Assembly: GCA_033763315.1 (NCBI GenBank)
Contig: JANRKS010000001.1
Span: 224,001-288,000 of the forward strand
Direction of reading: 5' to 3'
From: Deltaproteobacteria bacterium
GTDB taxonomy: Bacteria; Myxococcota_A; Polyangia; Fen-1088
Length of the DNA: 64,000 nt
Below are positions 56,501-64,000 of this stretch, piece after piece (the stretch's first letter is position 1; each line of letters begins with the position of its first letter). Position numbers and translations under genes: made by a program. The notes under the pieces were generated by a model, which saw only the letters and a list, made by a program, of their open reading frames with translations, was not told the origin of the DNA and searched no databases.

Positions 56501-59215
56501 GACGACGCCACCTCAAGCTGCAAGTTGCAAGCGAACCCTTCGGGCCCCGCCTGCAAAGACGACTCAATCAAGCCGTACATGATGGTGATCGTGGATACCT
56601 CAGGCTCGATGGACGCCAGCACGGGCGTGGGCAAAAACTCGTGTGGGCGCACCAAGAGCCGTCTTTCCGACGCCAAATGCGTGCTCACCGACATCGTGAA
56701 TTCATACGGCGATGTGGTGTTCGGCCTTGAACGCTTCAAGGAGAACACAAGCGGCACACCCATGTCGGGTGCCAATGGCTGCGGGGCGCATGATTGCCAA
56801 TCGTCATGTCCCGAAAGTTGCAATGCCTGCACCGTGAACACGTTGTTGTGCAACACCTGTGATCCCACAGCGGCCACGCCCGCCGCAGGCAATTGTCCGG
56901 CGTTGGGTGGCGACGCTTCACAAGGTGAGATCTTGGCGCCCATCGTGGATCACCAGCACGATCAGCTGCTGAAGTGGGTGAACTACACCGTCAATGGTTG
57001 TGAATCCACGGCCACGGATCCCGAGCTATCGGCCGATACGTGGACGCCCATTGGCGGCGCTCTGCGCGGGGCACGCCGGTATTTTCAAGGCGGCGATTCA
57101 GTGTTTGCCCAAAGCCCCATCGATCCCACGAACGCTTGCCGGCCGTATTACGTGATCTTGCTGACCGACGGTGACGAATCGTGCACCACGTTTACCGAAA
57201 CGTTAGCGGCCACCGATGAACTGCGCGCCACGGCCTATGGTGGACGCACGTACGACATCAAAACGTACACGATCGGCATCGGCATCACGCCCGCAAGCCC
57301 GTCAGGCACGCGGCTGCAAACCATCGCGAGCCATGGCGGAACCACCGCGTATTACGCAAGTGATGAGCAGTCGCTGGCCCTGGCGTTCGCGAAGATCTTG
57401 AAGGACTCGCTGCTTGTGGAAGTGTGTGACGGCAAAGACAACAACTGCAACGGCCTGGTGGACGAGGGCTTCACGCTTTACTGCGACAAGAAGACCAATC
57501 ACCCCACGGCCGATCTGTGCGCGAACCCAGGCGATCCTTGTGACGGCGTGGACGACAATTGTTTTGGTGGCGTGACGGATGAAGTGCACAACGCGTGCGG
57601 CACGTGTGGCGCGGCGCCCACTGAAGTGTGCAATAGCCTGGACGACAATTGCGACGGACGCGTTGACGAAGGGTTGAACTGCACGTGCATCGTGCAGCCT
57701 GAGATCTGCGACAACGTCGACAACGATTGCGACGGCGAGACCGACGAAACCCTGACGCGCGCCTGCGGCTCAAACGTTGGCGCGTGCACGCCTGGCGTTG
57801 AGACGTGCCAGGCAGGCGTGTGGCAAGGCTGCACCGCCAATAATGGCATGCCAGAGTTGTGCAACGGCATCGACGATGATTGCGATGGCGTGACCGACGG
57901 CATCGCGCAGGCGTGTGGCCACCCGGCCGTGGGCACGTGCCAACCGGGAACTCAGGTGTGCAAAGGCGGCGCGTGGAACGCGTGTGCGGGCAACGTGGAG
58001 CCCGTTGCCGAATTGTGTGACGGCCTCGACAACGATTGTGACGGCGAAACCGATGAGGGCAACCCCGGCGGTGGCGCCGCGTGCGACACCTTGTGTGGCG
58101 CGGGTGCAGTGACGTGTGTGCAAGGCAAGCTCAGCTGCGTGAGCGCCGCCGGCAGCGGCAAGCCCGAACTGTGCAATGGCGAAGACGACAACTGCAACGG
58201 GCTCGTAGACGAGGGCCTGGATATGTTGGGCTCGTGTGACAACAACGGCCTGCTGTGCGTGCCTGGCCAATCCAAGTGCCTTGCGGGCAAAGTGCAATGC
58301 GTAGGCGGTGCGCCTCCCGAAGTTGAAGTGTGCGATTGCAAAGACAACAACTGCGATGGCCAAGTGGACAACGGCAACCTGTGCGGTGCGGGCGCCACGT
58401 GTTTGGGTGCGGGTTACTGCCAGTGCGCGTTTCCATGCGCCGGCGGTGAATTCCCGTGCCCCGCGGGATACCGCTGCGCCGATGCCAGCGCCACGGCGCC
58501 CGGCTTTTGTGTTCAGGATCCGTGCGCGCAGGTGCGTTGCCCGCGTTTGCCCAATGGCACCACGCAGACGTGCGTGGACGGTGCGTGTGTGCCCCTGTGC
58601 AACATCATCACGTGCAACGCGGGATCGGTGTGCCGTGCGAATGATGGCCAATGCGTTGCCAACAACTGTCTGGGTTTGCCCGAGTTGTGCGGCCCCACGC
58701 AATTGTGCGCGGGTGGCACATGTGTTGAGAATTTGTGCAAAGACGTCACCTGCCCCGCGGGACAATTCTGCCGTCAAGGCGCGTGTGTGGGCAGTTGCAG
58801 CGGCGTCGTTTGCGCAGGCAAAACCAGTTGTCGAGACGGCACCTGCCAAAGCGATCTCTGCGCAGGTGTCGGGTGTCCCGCCAACGCTGTTTGTGATTCC
58901 GGCACAGGGCAGTGTGTGGCTGACGCGTGCTTGTTGGTGGTGTGCGGGCAAGGGCGTGTGTGCAACAACCTGTCAGGCCAATGCGAGGCGGATCCATGTA
59001 CGGGCATCACGTGCCCTGCTGGACAGTTCTGCGCCAAAGGCAACTGCTTCTCCCCGCCAAACCCGGACGGCGACACGCCACGGCAGTACGTGGGCGTGCG
59101 CGGCACAGGCGTGCTGGGATGTGCCTACGCAAGCAAGGGACATGACCACAGCGGTCTGTGGCTGTGGCTCGCCATGGCGCTCGCCGCGGGCCGCGTGATC
59201 AGGAGGAAGCGATGA
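53534..59215 (+). CDS. Giant Cys-rich surface protein: disintegrin-like repeats, VWA, MopE-type repeats, MYXO-CTERM-like anchor (start uncertain)
   Basis: Lipobox-like VFGG-C; 24 CR..CD..E.C.G....CP.D units; VWA DTSGS/TP/LLTDG; 8 E.C(D/N)G.D(D/N).C(D/N)G..DE-type units; GC..hydrophobic..RRKR tail. Confidence 0.9.
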   Translation: MPRRAQGASSFGGVLAIYGRCSFTVELAKRTSQTLLVWAFAVCVIASVFGGCDVAPAGNQTTVVSQALTCVAPAVEVACVNDSDCNRPCATGLCSKATGTCQFCLLDASTQCRAADPTKACDAADFCNPAGATPWLCPGDAPKAAGSVCRPTAGSCDLAETCDGTSFACPADKFSSAATTCRAAVAGGCDVAESCTGTSAACPADAVKSAGTVCRASAGACDVAAETCDGTSNTCPADVFKPSGTVCRPLNGACDAVAETCNGSTGVCPADSFLPAGTVCRADNGGGCDVAETCTGSSTSCPSDGGKANGTVCRAKADLCDQAETCNGTSQVCPADKLAAAGTTCRAAGAGGCDAAEVCTGASISCPADAFAAAGTICRAAAAGGCDVAEACTGATGTCPADVVQPAGTVCRALNGACDVAAETCTGSSNACPADSFRPSSFVCRPDNGMGCDVAERCPGNSNACPADAGKATGTVCRAKADLCDAAETCNGTPAACPADVIASAGTVCRAAVAGGCDVAETCSGSGIACPADVVRPAGTVCRALNGACDVAAETCTGSSNACPANTFAPNTTVCRPDNGGGCDVAEMCPGNAAACPSDKGKGSGVVCRAASDLCDVAETCGATSAACPTDKLATAGTTCRAAAPNSCDAPEVCSGMTAACPADVLKPAGSVCRALNGACDVVAETCDGATSTCPADTFKPAGTVCRADNGGGCDVPEACTGSSNACPADAGKATGTVCRAAIDTCDVAEACAGTSAACGTDKFVSAGTTCRTAAGACDAPEVCTGMTGSCPGDIVKTSGTVCRAAAAGGCDLAETCNGTAITCPVDGFQPASTVCRATAGACDVEENCTGSAAACPADAFAAAGVTCRAATGVCDASEACPGNAAACPADASAPNNTLCDDGNVCNGISKCLSGACKPGTPPVCDTGNPCVTDSCDPGTGCKSAQLPNGTACSDGRYCTINDVCTNGTCGGNARDCGTPAQSCLLAACDDATSSCKLQANPSGPACKDDSIKPYMMVIVDTSGSMDASTGVGKNSCGRTKSRLSDAKCVLTDIVNSYGDVVFGLERFKENTSGTPMSGANGCGAHDCQSSCPESCNACTVNTLLCNTCDPTAATPAAGNCPALGGDASQGEILAPIVDHQHDQLLKWVNYTVNGCESTATDPELSADTWTPIGGALRGARRYFQGGDSVFAQSPIDPTNACRPYYVILLTDGDESCTTFTETLAATDELRATAYGGRTYDIKTYTIGIGITPASPSGTRLQTIASHGGTTAYYASDEQSLALAFAKILKDSLLVEVCDGKDNNCNGLVDEGFTLYCDKKTNHPTADLCANPGDPCDGVDDNCFGGVTDEVHNACGTCGAAPTEVCNSLDDNCDGRVDEGLNCTCIVQPEICDNVDNDCDGETDETLTRACGSNVGACTPGVETCQAGVWQGCTANNGMPELCNGIDDDCDGVTDGIAQACGHPAVGTCQPGTQVCKGGAWNACAGNVEPVAELCDGLDNDCDGETDEGNPGGGAACDTLCGAGAVTCVQGKLSCVSAAGSGKPELCNGEDDNCNGLVDEGLDMLGSCDNNGLLCVPGQSKCLAGKVQCVGGAPPEVEVCDCKDNNCDGQVDNGNLCGAGATCLGAGYCQCAFPCAGGEFPCPAGYRCADASATAPGFCVQDPCAQVRCPRLPNGTTQTCVDGACVPLCNIITCNAGSVCRANDGQCVANNCLGLPELCGPTQLCAGGTCVENLCKDVTCPAGQFCRQGACVGSCSGVVCAGKTSCRDGTCQSDLCAGVGCPANAVCDSGTGQCVADACLLVVCGQGRVCNNLSGQCEADPCTGITCPAGQFCAKGNCFSPPNPDGDTPRQYVGVRGTGVLGCAYASKGHDHSGLWLWLAMALAAGRVIRRKR
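53566..53581 (+). promoter_or_regulatory. Candidate sigma-54 promoter for the surface-protein operon
   Basis: TGGTGGCGTTCTTGCG (GG-N10-GC with TTGC); the -24 box is imperfect. Confidence 0.3.
53867..56230 (+). repeat. Array of 24 disintegrin-loop-like repeats (mostly 96-99 bp)
   Basis: Counted from the translation; near-identical DNA blocks 393 bp apart (about 54752 and 55145). Confidence 0.9.
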
Positions 59216-61137
59216 ACGCTTTGCGCGCCTGGGCCATGTTGGGTTTGGCCACGCTTGCTTTGCTTGCCTTGCCTGCGTGCCAACAGCGTCTGTTCTGCGT
59301 AAACTGCGGCGACGCCGGCGTTGGTTGGTTCGATGCGGCCGTGCCACCTCCCGGCGACGACGGCGGCGTTGATCCGGGCGGCGATGCTGGGGTGATTTGT
59401 GTGCCGGCCGCGGAAACATGCAACGGCAAAGACGACAACTGCAACGGTCTGATCGATGACGGCGTGCTTGTGGACGTGGGCGTGGTTTGCGGATCCGTGC
59501 TCGGCGTATGTAAGCAAGGCGTAACGGCGTGCGAACAAGGGCGATTGGTGTGCCAAGGCGAAACGCCGCGCGCCCCAGAAACGTGCAATGGTTTGGATGA
59601 TGATTGTGATGGCGTGGTTGACAACGGCAACCCCGGCGCAGGCGTGCTGTGTGGCAACGGAACCGGCGAATGCGTGCAGGGCCTCACGATGTGCCAAGCG
59701 GGCATGATCGTGTGCGAAGGTGGCACCGGCCCCACGCCTGAGGTGTGTGACGGCTTTGACAACAACTGCGATGGCACGATCGACGAAGGCGATCCCGGCG
59801 GAGGCGCCCAATGCGGGGCAGGCGCTGACGTGTGCGTGCCCGGCAAGATCCGCTGCACGGGCGGCCAACTTGTGTGCGTGGGCGCAGGGCCTGCCATCGC
59901 CGAGCTGTGTAATGGTGTTGACGACAACTGCAACGGCCAAGTGGATGAAGGTTTCAACACAGCGATCGATCCCAACAACTGCGGTGTGTGCGGCAAGGTT
60001 TGTGGGTTGCCGTTTGCGCGCGCCGCGTGCGGCGCGGGCGCGTGCCAGATCGAACGCTGCACAACGGATCACTGGGATCTGGATCGTGATCCAAACAATG
60101 GCTGTGAATACGCGTGTGCGCTGCGTGGCGTGGAATTGTGCAACGGCTACGATGACGACTGCGATGGCGTGATCGACAACGGCGTGACCGCGCCCGACAA
60201 CTGCGCCAAACTTGGCGAATGCGCCGGCACGAAGCCCTCATGTGATGGCAAGAGCGGTTGGGTTTGCCGTTATGGCGGGCTCGTGAGCACGAATGGCTCG
60301 GGGCAGATCGTTCCGGAAACCAACTGCGACGATCGCGACAACGACTGCAACGGCCGCACCGATGATTTGTTCCCCAACCGCCAAAAGGGCTGCACCGCCG
60401 GTACCGGGGCGTGCGTGGCCCAAGGCAAACAGGTGTGCAACGCCACCCACGACGCCTTGATCTGCGACGCCCCCACACCCGCGCCGGGCAGCGCCGAGAT
60501 CTGCAATGGCATCGATGATGATTGCAACGGCCAAACGGATGAAGGCGCACCAGACGCGTGGGTCACGTTCCGCGTGGGGGGCGCGACAAAGCAGATCTAT
60601 AAGTACGAAGCGTCGCACCCGGATGCCACGGCGACCAGCATCGGTGCGTTGGTGCACCGCTCGTGTTCGCAAGCGTTGCGTCTGCCGTGGATCAACGTGA
60701 CCTATCCAGAAGCGCAAGCGGCCTGCGCCCAGGCTGGCGCGCGCTTGTGCACCGAAACGGAATGGCAAGCGGCGTGTGAAGCCGAGGCCCCGCAGGCGTG
60801 TGCGTGGTCGTTTGCGAACAGCTGCATGACTTATCAACCCGGCGTATGTGCCGACGCCAACTACGATCTGGACCCGGCGTTGCCCGGCTACCAGAATGGC
60901 TTGGTGGCCACCGGATCGCTCGCAAGCTGCAACACAAGCTGGGGCGCGGCCGGCGGCATCTATGATCTTTCCGGCAATGTGAAAGAATGGACCGCCGCGC
61001 GCGCGCCCGGCATCAACCCCTTGCGTGGCGGCGCATACAACAACCCCGTGGGGGGCGCCACGTGTGGCAGCAAGTTCGTGGTGGCGGACGATACGTTCTT
61101 GTTCGGCGATGTCGGATTCCGCTGCTGCAAGGATTAA
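59212..61137 (+). CDS. Lipoprotein with 7 MopE-type repeats and C-terminal FGE/SUMF1-fold domain
   Basis: AGGAGG RBS; ATGA overlap; lipobox LPA-C; YEAS, PWINV, RLCTETEW..AC, YDLSGNVKEW, RGG, GFRCC. Confidence 0.88.
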   Translation: MNALRAWAMLGLATLALLALPACQQRLFCVNCGDAGVGWFDAAVPPPGDDGGVDPGGDAGVICVPAAETCNGKDDNCNGLIDDGVLVDVGVVCGSVLGVCKQGVTACEQGRLVCQGETPRAPETCNGLDDDCDGVVDNGNPGAGVLCGNGTGECVQGLTMCQAGMIVCEGGTGPTPEVCDGFDNNCDGTIDEGDPGGGAQCGAGADVCVPGKIRCTGGQLVCVGAGPAIAELCNGVDDNCNGQVDEGFNTAIDPNNCGVCGKVCGLPFARAACGAGACQIERCTTDHWDLDRDPNNGCEYACALRGVELCNGYDDDCDGVIDNGVTAPDNCAKLGECAGTKPSCDGKSGWVCRYGGLVSTNGSGQIVPETNCDDRDNDCNGRTDDLFPNRQKGCTAGTGACVAQGKQVCNATHDALICDAPTPAPGSAEICNGIDDDCNGQTDEGAPDAWVTFRVGGATKQIYKYEASHPDATATSIGALVHRSCSQALRLPWINVTYPEAQAACAQAGARLCTETEWQAACEAEAPQACAWSFANSCMTYQPGVCADANYDLDPALPGYQNGLVATGSLASCNTSWGAAGGIYDLSGNVKEWTAARAPGINPLRGGAYNNPVGGATCGSKFVVADDTFLFGDVGFRCCKD

Positions 61138-61150
61138 GGCAGCACGGCGG

Positions 61151-62497
61151 CTAGGCTTCTGGATCGCGCAACCCGTGCTTCCTTAGTAGCTCACGCAAAT
61201 GTTTGCGATCCAGCTCGGCGGCGCGTGACGCCGCCGATAAGTTGCCTTTGTGGGCCTCGAGCAGATGCGCCAAGTACTCTCGCTCGAACGCCTCCACCAT
61301 CACGGCCTTGGCTTCTTTGAACGGCAGATCAAATGGCACGTGTGCGGGCGTGGGCGTGCTGGAAGGCGATCCATCACCAAACGTCTTTGTGAAATCGAGT
61401 TCGTCGTCGCGCGACAGCGCAACCACGCGTTCAATCAAGTTGCGCAGCTCGCGCACATTGCCGGGCCACGGGTATTGTTTGAGCTGCTCAAGATCGTGGG
61501 TCCGCGCGCGCAGCGAACGGCCCCGCGACAACTCTTTAATGAAGTGCTGCGCCAGCAGCGGCACGTCTTCGAGCCGGTCGCGCAACGGCGGAATGGTGAT
61601 GCGTACGACCGCCAGGCGATAATACAAATCCTCTCGAAAGCGCTTCTCGGCCACTTCTGCCCGCAGATCGCGGTTCGTGGCCGCCACCACACGCACGTTC
61701 ACCTTGCGATAGGCGTCCCCGCCCACGGGGCGCACCATTTGTTTGTCGAGCACACGCAGCAACGTTGGCTGCAGATCCAGATGAAGCTCGCCGATCTCGT
61801 CTAAGAATAAGGTGCCGCCGTCAGCTTCACCAAAGGCGCCGCGGCGTTCGCTGATGGCGCCCGTGAACGCACCCTTGACGTGGCCAAACAACGCCGACTC
61901 GATCAATTCGTGCGGCACCGCCGCACAATCGAACACCACCAAAGATTGTTTGTTGCGGTGGCTGTGCCTGTGAATTTCTTCGGCGAAGCGCTCTTTGCCC
62001 GAACCGGTTTCGCCTTCGAGCAACACCGTGGCGTCGGTTTGCGCCACATCTTCGAGCAGCGAAAACAGCCGCCGCATTTTTGGGTCGCGGCCAAACAACG
62101 ATCCAAAGCGTTCTTTGTCACCGGGCGCCACATCAACGGCTTGTTCGTCCGGCACGTACTTGATGATGGTTTGGCCAACTTGAATTTCAGTGCCGTAACC
62201 CAGCTCCAGTTCGCGGAAGCGCGCGCCCTTGAGGAACGAGCCGTTGGTCGAGCCGAGGTCGCGCAGCAGCAAACCGCCTTCGCCCAATCGGATCTCCATG
62301 TGCCGCCGCGACACTGTGGGATCAGTGAGTTGGATTTGGCACTCGCTGCCTGAGCCTAACGTCAGCGGGCTTTTGTCGAGCGCGAACGATTCGCCCCGGT
62401 CTTGCCCATGCAGCACGATGAACCGCCCGCGCCCCGACTGCCGCACGATTGAGGCTTCGGGGTTGATGATCCGGGTGGGCGATTTCGGAATGGTCAT
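61151..62497 (-). CDS. FHA-domain sigma-54-dependent transcriptional activator (Fis HTH)
   Basis: [13 protein letters not shown]; [37 protein letters not shown]. Confidence 0.95.
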   Translation of the reverse strand: MTIPKSPTRIINPEASIVRQSGRGRFIVLHGQDRGESFALDKSPLTLGSGSECQIQLTDPTVSRRHMEIRLGEGGLLLRDLGSTNGSFLKGARFRELELGYGTEIQVGQTIIKYVPDEQAVDVAPGDKERFGSLFGRDPKMRRLFSLLEDVAQTDATVLLEGETGSGKERFAEEIHRHSHRNKQSLVVFDCAAVPHELIESALFGHVKGAFTGAISERRGAFGEADGGTLFLDEIGELHLDLQPTLLRVLDKQMVRPVGGDAYRKVNVRVVAATNRDLRAEVAEKRFREDLYYRLAVVRITIPPLRDRLEDVPLLAQHFIKELSRGRSLRARTHDLEQLKQYPWPGNVRELRNLIERVVALSRDDELDFTKTFGDGSPSSTPTPAHVPFDLPFKEAKAVMVEAFEREYLAHLLEAHKGNLSAASRAAELDRKHLRELLRKHGLRDPEA

Positions 62498-63597
62498 TCG
62501 CGCGGGGAGGGCGCCGACGGAAGCCGGTTGCGGATCGTGTCGCCCATGGCATCGATTCCATCAATGGGCGTGGCCTCTTTGCCCAACTGCGCGTGCATCG
62601 CCGGCGCGGCGCCCAAATCCAACCGCTGGGTGTCTCCTGTGACCGCTTCGTCGTGCGCCCATCTTTCAGGATCAGGGCCAAGCAAAGAGGTCAGTTCGTT
62701 GGACAAATCTTTGGTGGAATACACCAAGCCATAACGTTGCGTCACATCGCGCAGCTGCTGCGAGAACTCAAGCGCCGAGCCATAACGTTGTTCGGGATCG
62801 GGTGCCAACGCACGCGCAAACACCATATCCACCTCCGGCGGAATGTCGGGCGTGAGCTGGGACAAGCTTGGCAGCGGGCGGCCATAAACCTCATCAGGCG
62901 GCGTTTGCAGATCGCCCACGAACAGCCGCGAGCCCAAGAACGTTTCGAACACACACACAGCCACGGAGAACAGATCGCTGCGGGCGTCTATGACTTCGCT
63001 GCGTGCCTGTTCGGGCGACATATAGCCCACCTTGCCGCGCACCTTGTAGAACACCGACGCAAACGCTGTGGCTTTGGCGATGCCGAAGTCCGAAAGCTTC
63101 ACTTCGCCACGTGTGGAACACAAAATATTCGAGGGCGAGACGTCGCGGTGGATGATGCCCAGCGATTGCCCCCCTGAATCCGTTTTGCCGTGCATATACG
63201 CAAGGCCCGCCAAGACCTCTTGCGCCACGAACAGAACCGCGGCTGTGGACAGCGGCCGGCGTTTGCGGCGCGCGCGCCAGCTTATGGTGCGCAGATCCGT
63301 GCCAGGCACGTACTCCATCACGATGAACAGCGTATCGTCCGAGCGCACGAGATCGTAGGTGCGCACGATGTTCACGTGATCAAGCGACGCGGAGATGCGT
63401 GCTTCCCGGAAAAACAGATCGCGGAATTCGGGGCGCGTTGTGAATTCAGGCAGCAACTGCTTGAGCACCACGGGGCGCTCGAAGCCCACGGCCCCCAGCT
63501 TCTTGCCCAAGTAGATTGCACCCATGCCGCCTTCCGTCAGGTAACGCTCGATACGGTATCGACGCATCGCTGGTTGTGGCGTGGGCGTAGGCAACAT
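62494..63597 (-). CDS. Ser/Thr protein kinase (Hanks type), catalytically intact (start 63597 or 63567)
   Basis: EGGMG, VLKQ, HRDVSPSN, DFG, YMSPE, SDLFS; stop overlaps the activator start. Confidence 0.93.
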   Translation of the reverse strand: MLPTPTPQPAMRRYRIERYLTEGGMGAIYLGKKLGAVGFERPVVLKQLLPEFTTRPEFRDLFFREARISASLDHVNIVRTYDLVRSDDTLFIVMEYVPGTDLRTISWRARRKRRPLSTAAVLFVAQEVLAGLAYMHGKTDSGGQSLGIIHRDVSPSNILCSTRGEVKLSDFGIAKATAFASVFYKVRGKVGYMSPEQARSEVIDARSDLFSVAVCVFETFLGSRLFVGDLQTPPDEVYGRPLPSLSQLTPDIPPEVDMVFARALAPDPEQRYGSALEFSQQLRDVTQRYGLVYSTKDLSNELTSLLGPDPERWAHDEAVTGDTQRLDLGAAPAMHAQLGKEATPIDGIDAMGDTIRNRLPSAPSPRE

Positions 63598-63674
63598 ACG
63601 TACCCGCCAGCCTAGGGGCTGGCTTTGCAAGAAGCAAACAGAACTGACAGCGCGGTCGCGTGACCGCACCGGGG

Positions 63675-64000
63675 TTAGCGAGTGGCGAGCACCGCCAAAT
63701 GGGGGCGCCCCGGCAGCGGCACGGTCTGTCCGGCCTTTGCGGATTTGGCCAGCAGGGTCCGCTTGCCTGACCAAGTGTCCAGCAGCTCAAGGCGGAAGCG
63801 CCCTTGCGGCAACGCAAAATCCCATCCGCTTGGCTGGTTCACGCCGAAGTAGAACAGATGCCAATCGCTGCCTCTGCTGGCCGCCCAGGGCGACACCTTG
63901 CGGCCGCTCGGGGTCAGCGGGGCGTCGGGTCCTGACTCAACGATCTGGCGCAGAAACGCGAGGCGGGTTGGGCTTTTGCCACGCAGCACACCGCCATGCG
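63675..64000 (-). CDS. C-terminus of a DUF5605-type (DUF5060/DUF4038-associated) protein, partial
   Basis: GGVLRGKSPTRLAFLRQI...FYFG..QP...ELLDTW...LPGRPHLA. Confidence 0.7.
   Translation of the reverse strand, partial: HGGVLRGKSPTRLAFLRQIVESGPDAPLTPSGRKVSPWAASRGSDWHLFYFGVNQPSGWDFALPQGRFRLELLDTWSGKRTLLAKSAKAGQTVPLPGRPHLAVLATR

Noticed and set aside
53584-60062. Long antisense ORFs (e.g. 54496-56001, 57770-58951, 59125-60072)
   Set aside because: Shadows of GC-rich, Cys-repeat coding sequence on the opposite strand
60590-61137. FGE/CLec domains (also 11104-13005) as diversity-generating retroelement targets
   Set aside because: No reverse transcriptase and no adenine-variant template repeat seen in this window
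53534-61137. Calling the adhesin pair traA/traB or cglB
   Set aside because: No PA14 domain or OmpA/beta-barrel partner, and the protein is far larger than CglB with a different architecture

Overview
This is a gene-dense, GC-rich bacterial window. Gene content (MYXO-CTERM-like anchor, MopE-type Cys repeats, FHA/sigma54 activator, Hanks kinases, DUF1592/DUF1552 pair) points to a Myxococcota-like organism. All family assignments come from motif recognition and recalled family knowledge; no database search was run. The left part (0.3-23 kb) carries housekeeping and stress genes (PAS hybrid kinase, dbpA, class I fumarase, HtrA, sppA), several lipoproteins, an unusual ECF sigma factor with a GltF/CglF-like tail, and a small decayed AT-richer patch. 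The middle (21-48 kb) is a carbohydrate-utilisation region: a PL14-like lyase, a FadR/GntR-controlled sugar-acid operon with two identical-armed palindromic operators, a CE1-like esterase, rhaT, an SSS/cellobionate phosphorylase/GPH cluster and a large glycosidase-like lipoprotein. The right part (48-64 kb) is the best candidate for an undescribed system. A pseudokinase is followed by a ~1,870-aa surface protein with 24 tandem disintegrin-loop-like repeats, a MIDAS-containing VWA domain, MopE-type repeats and a MYXO-CTERM-like tail. That gene is translationally coupled to a MopE-repeat/FGE-fold lipoprotein, and the pair faces an active Ser/Thr kinase plus FHA-sigma54 activator operon. No rRNA, tRNA, CRISPR array or intact mobile element was seen.
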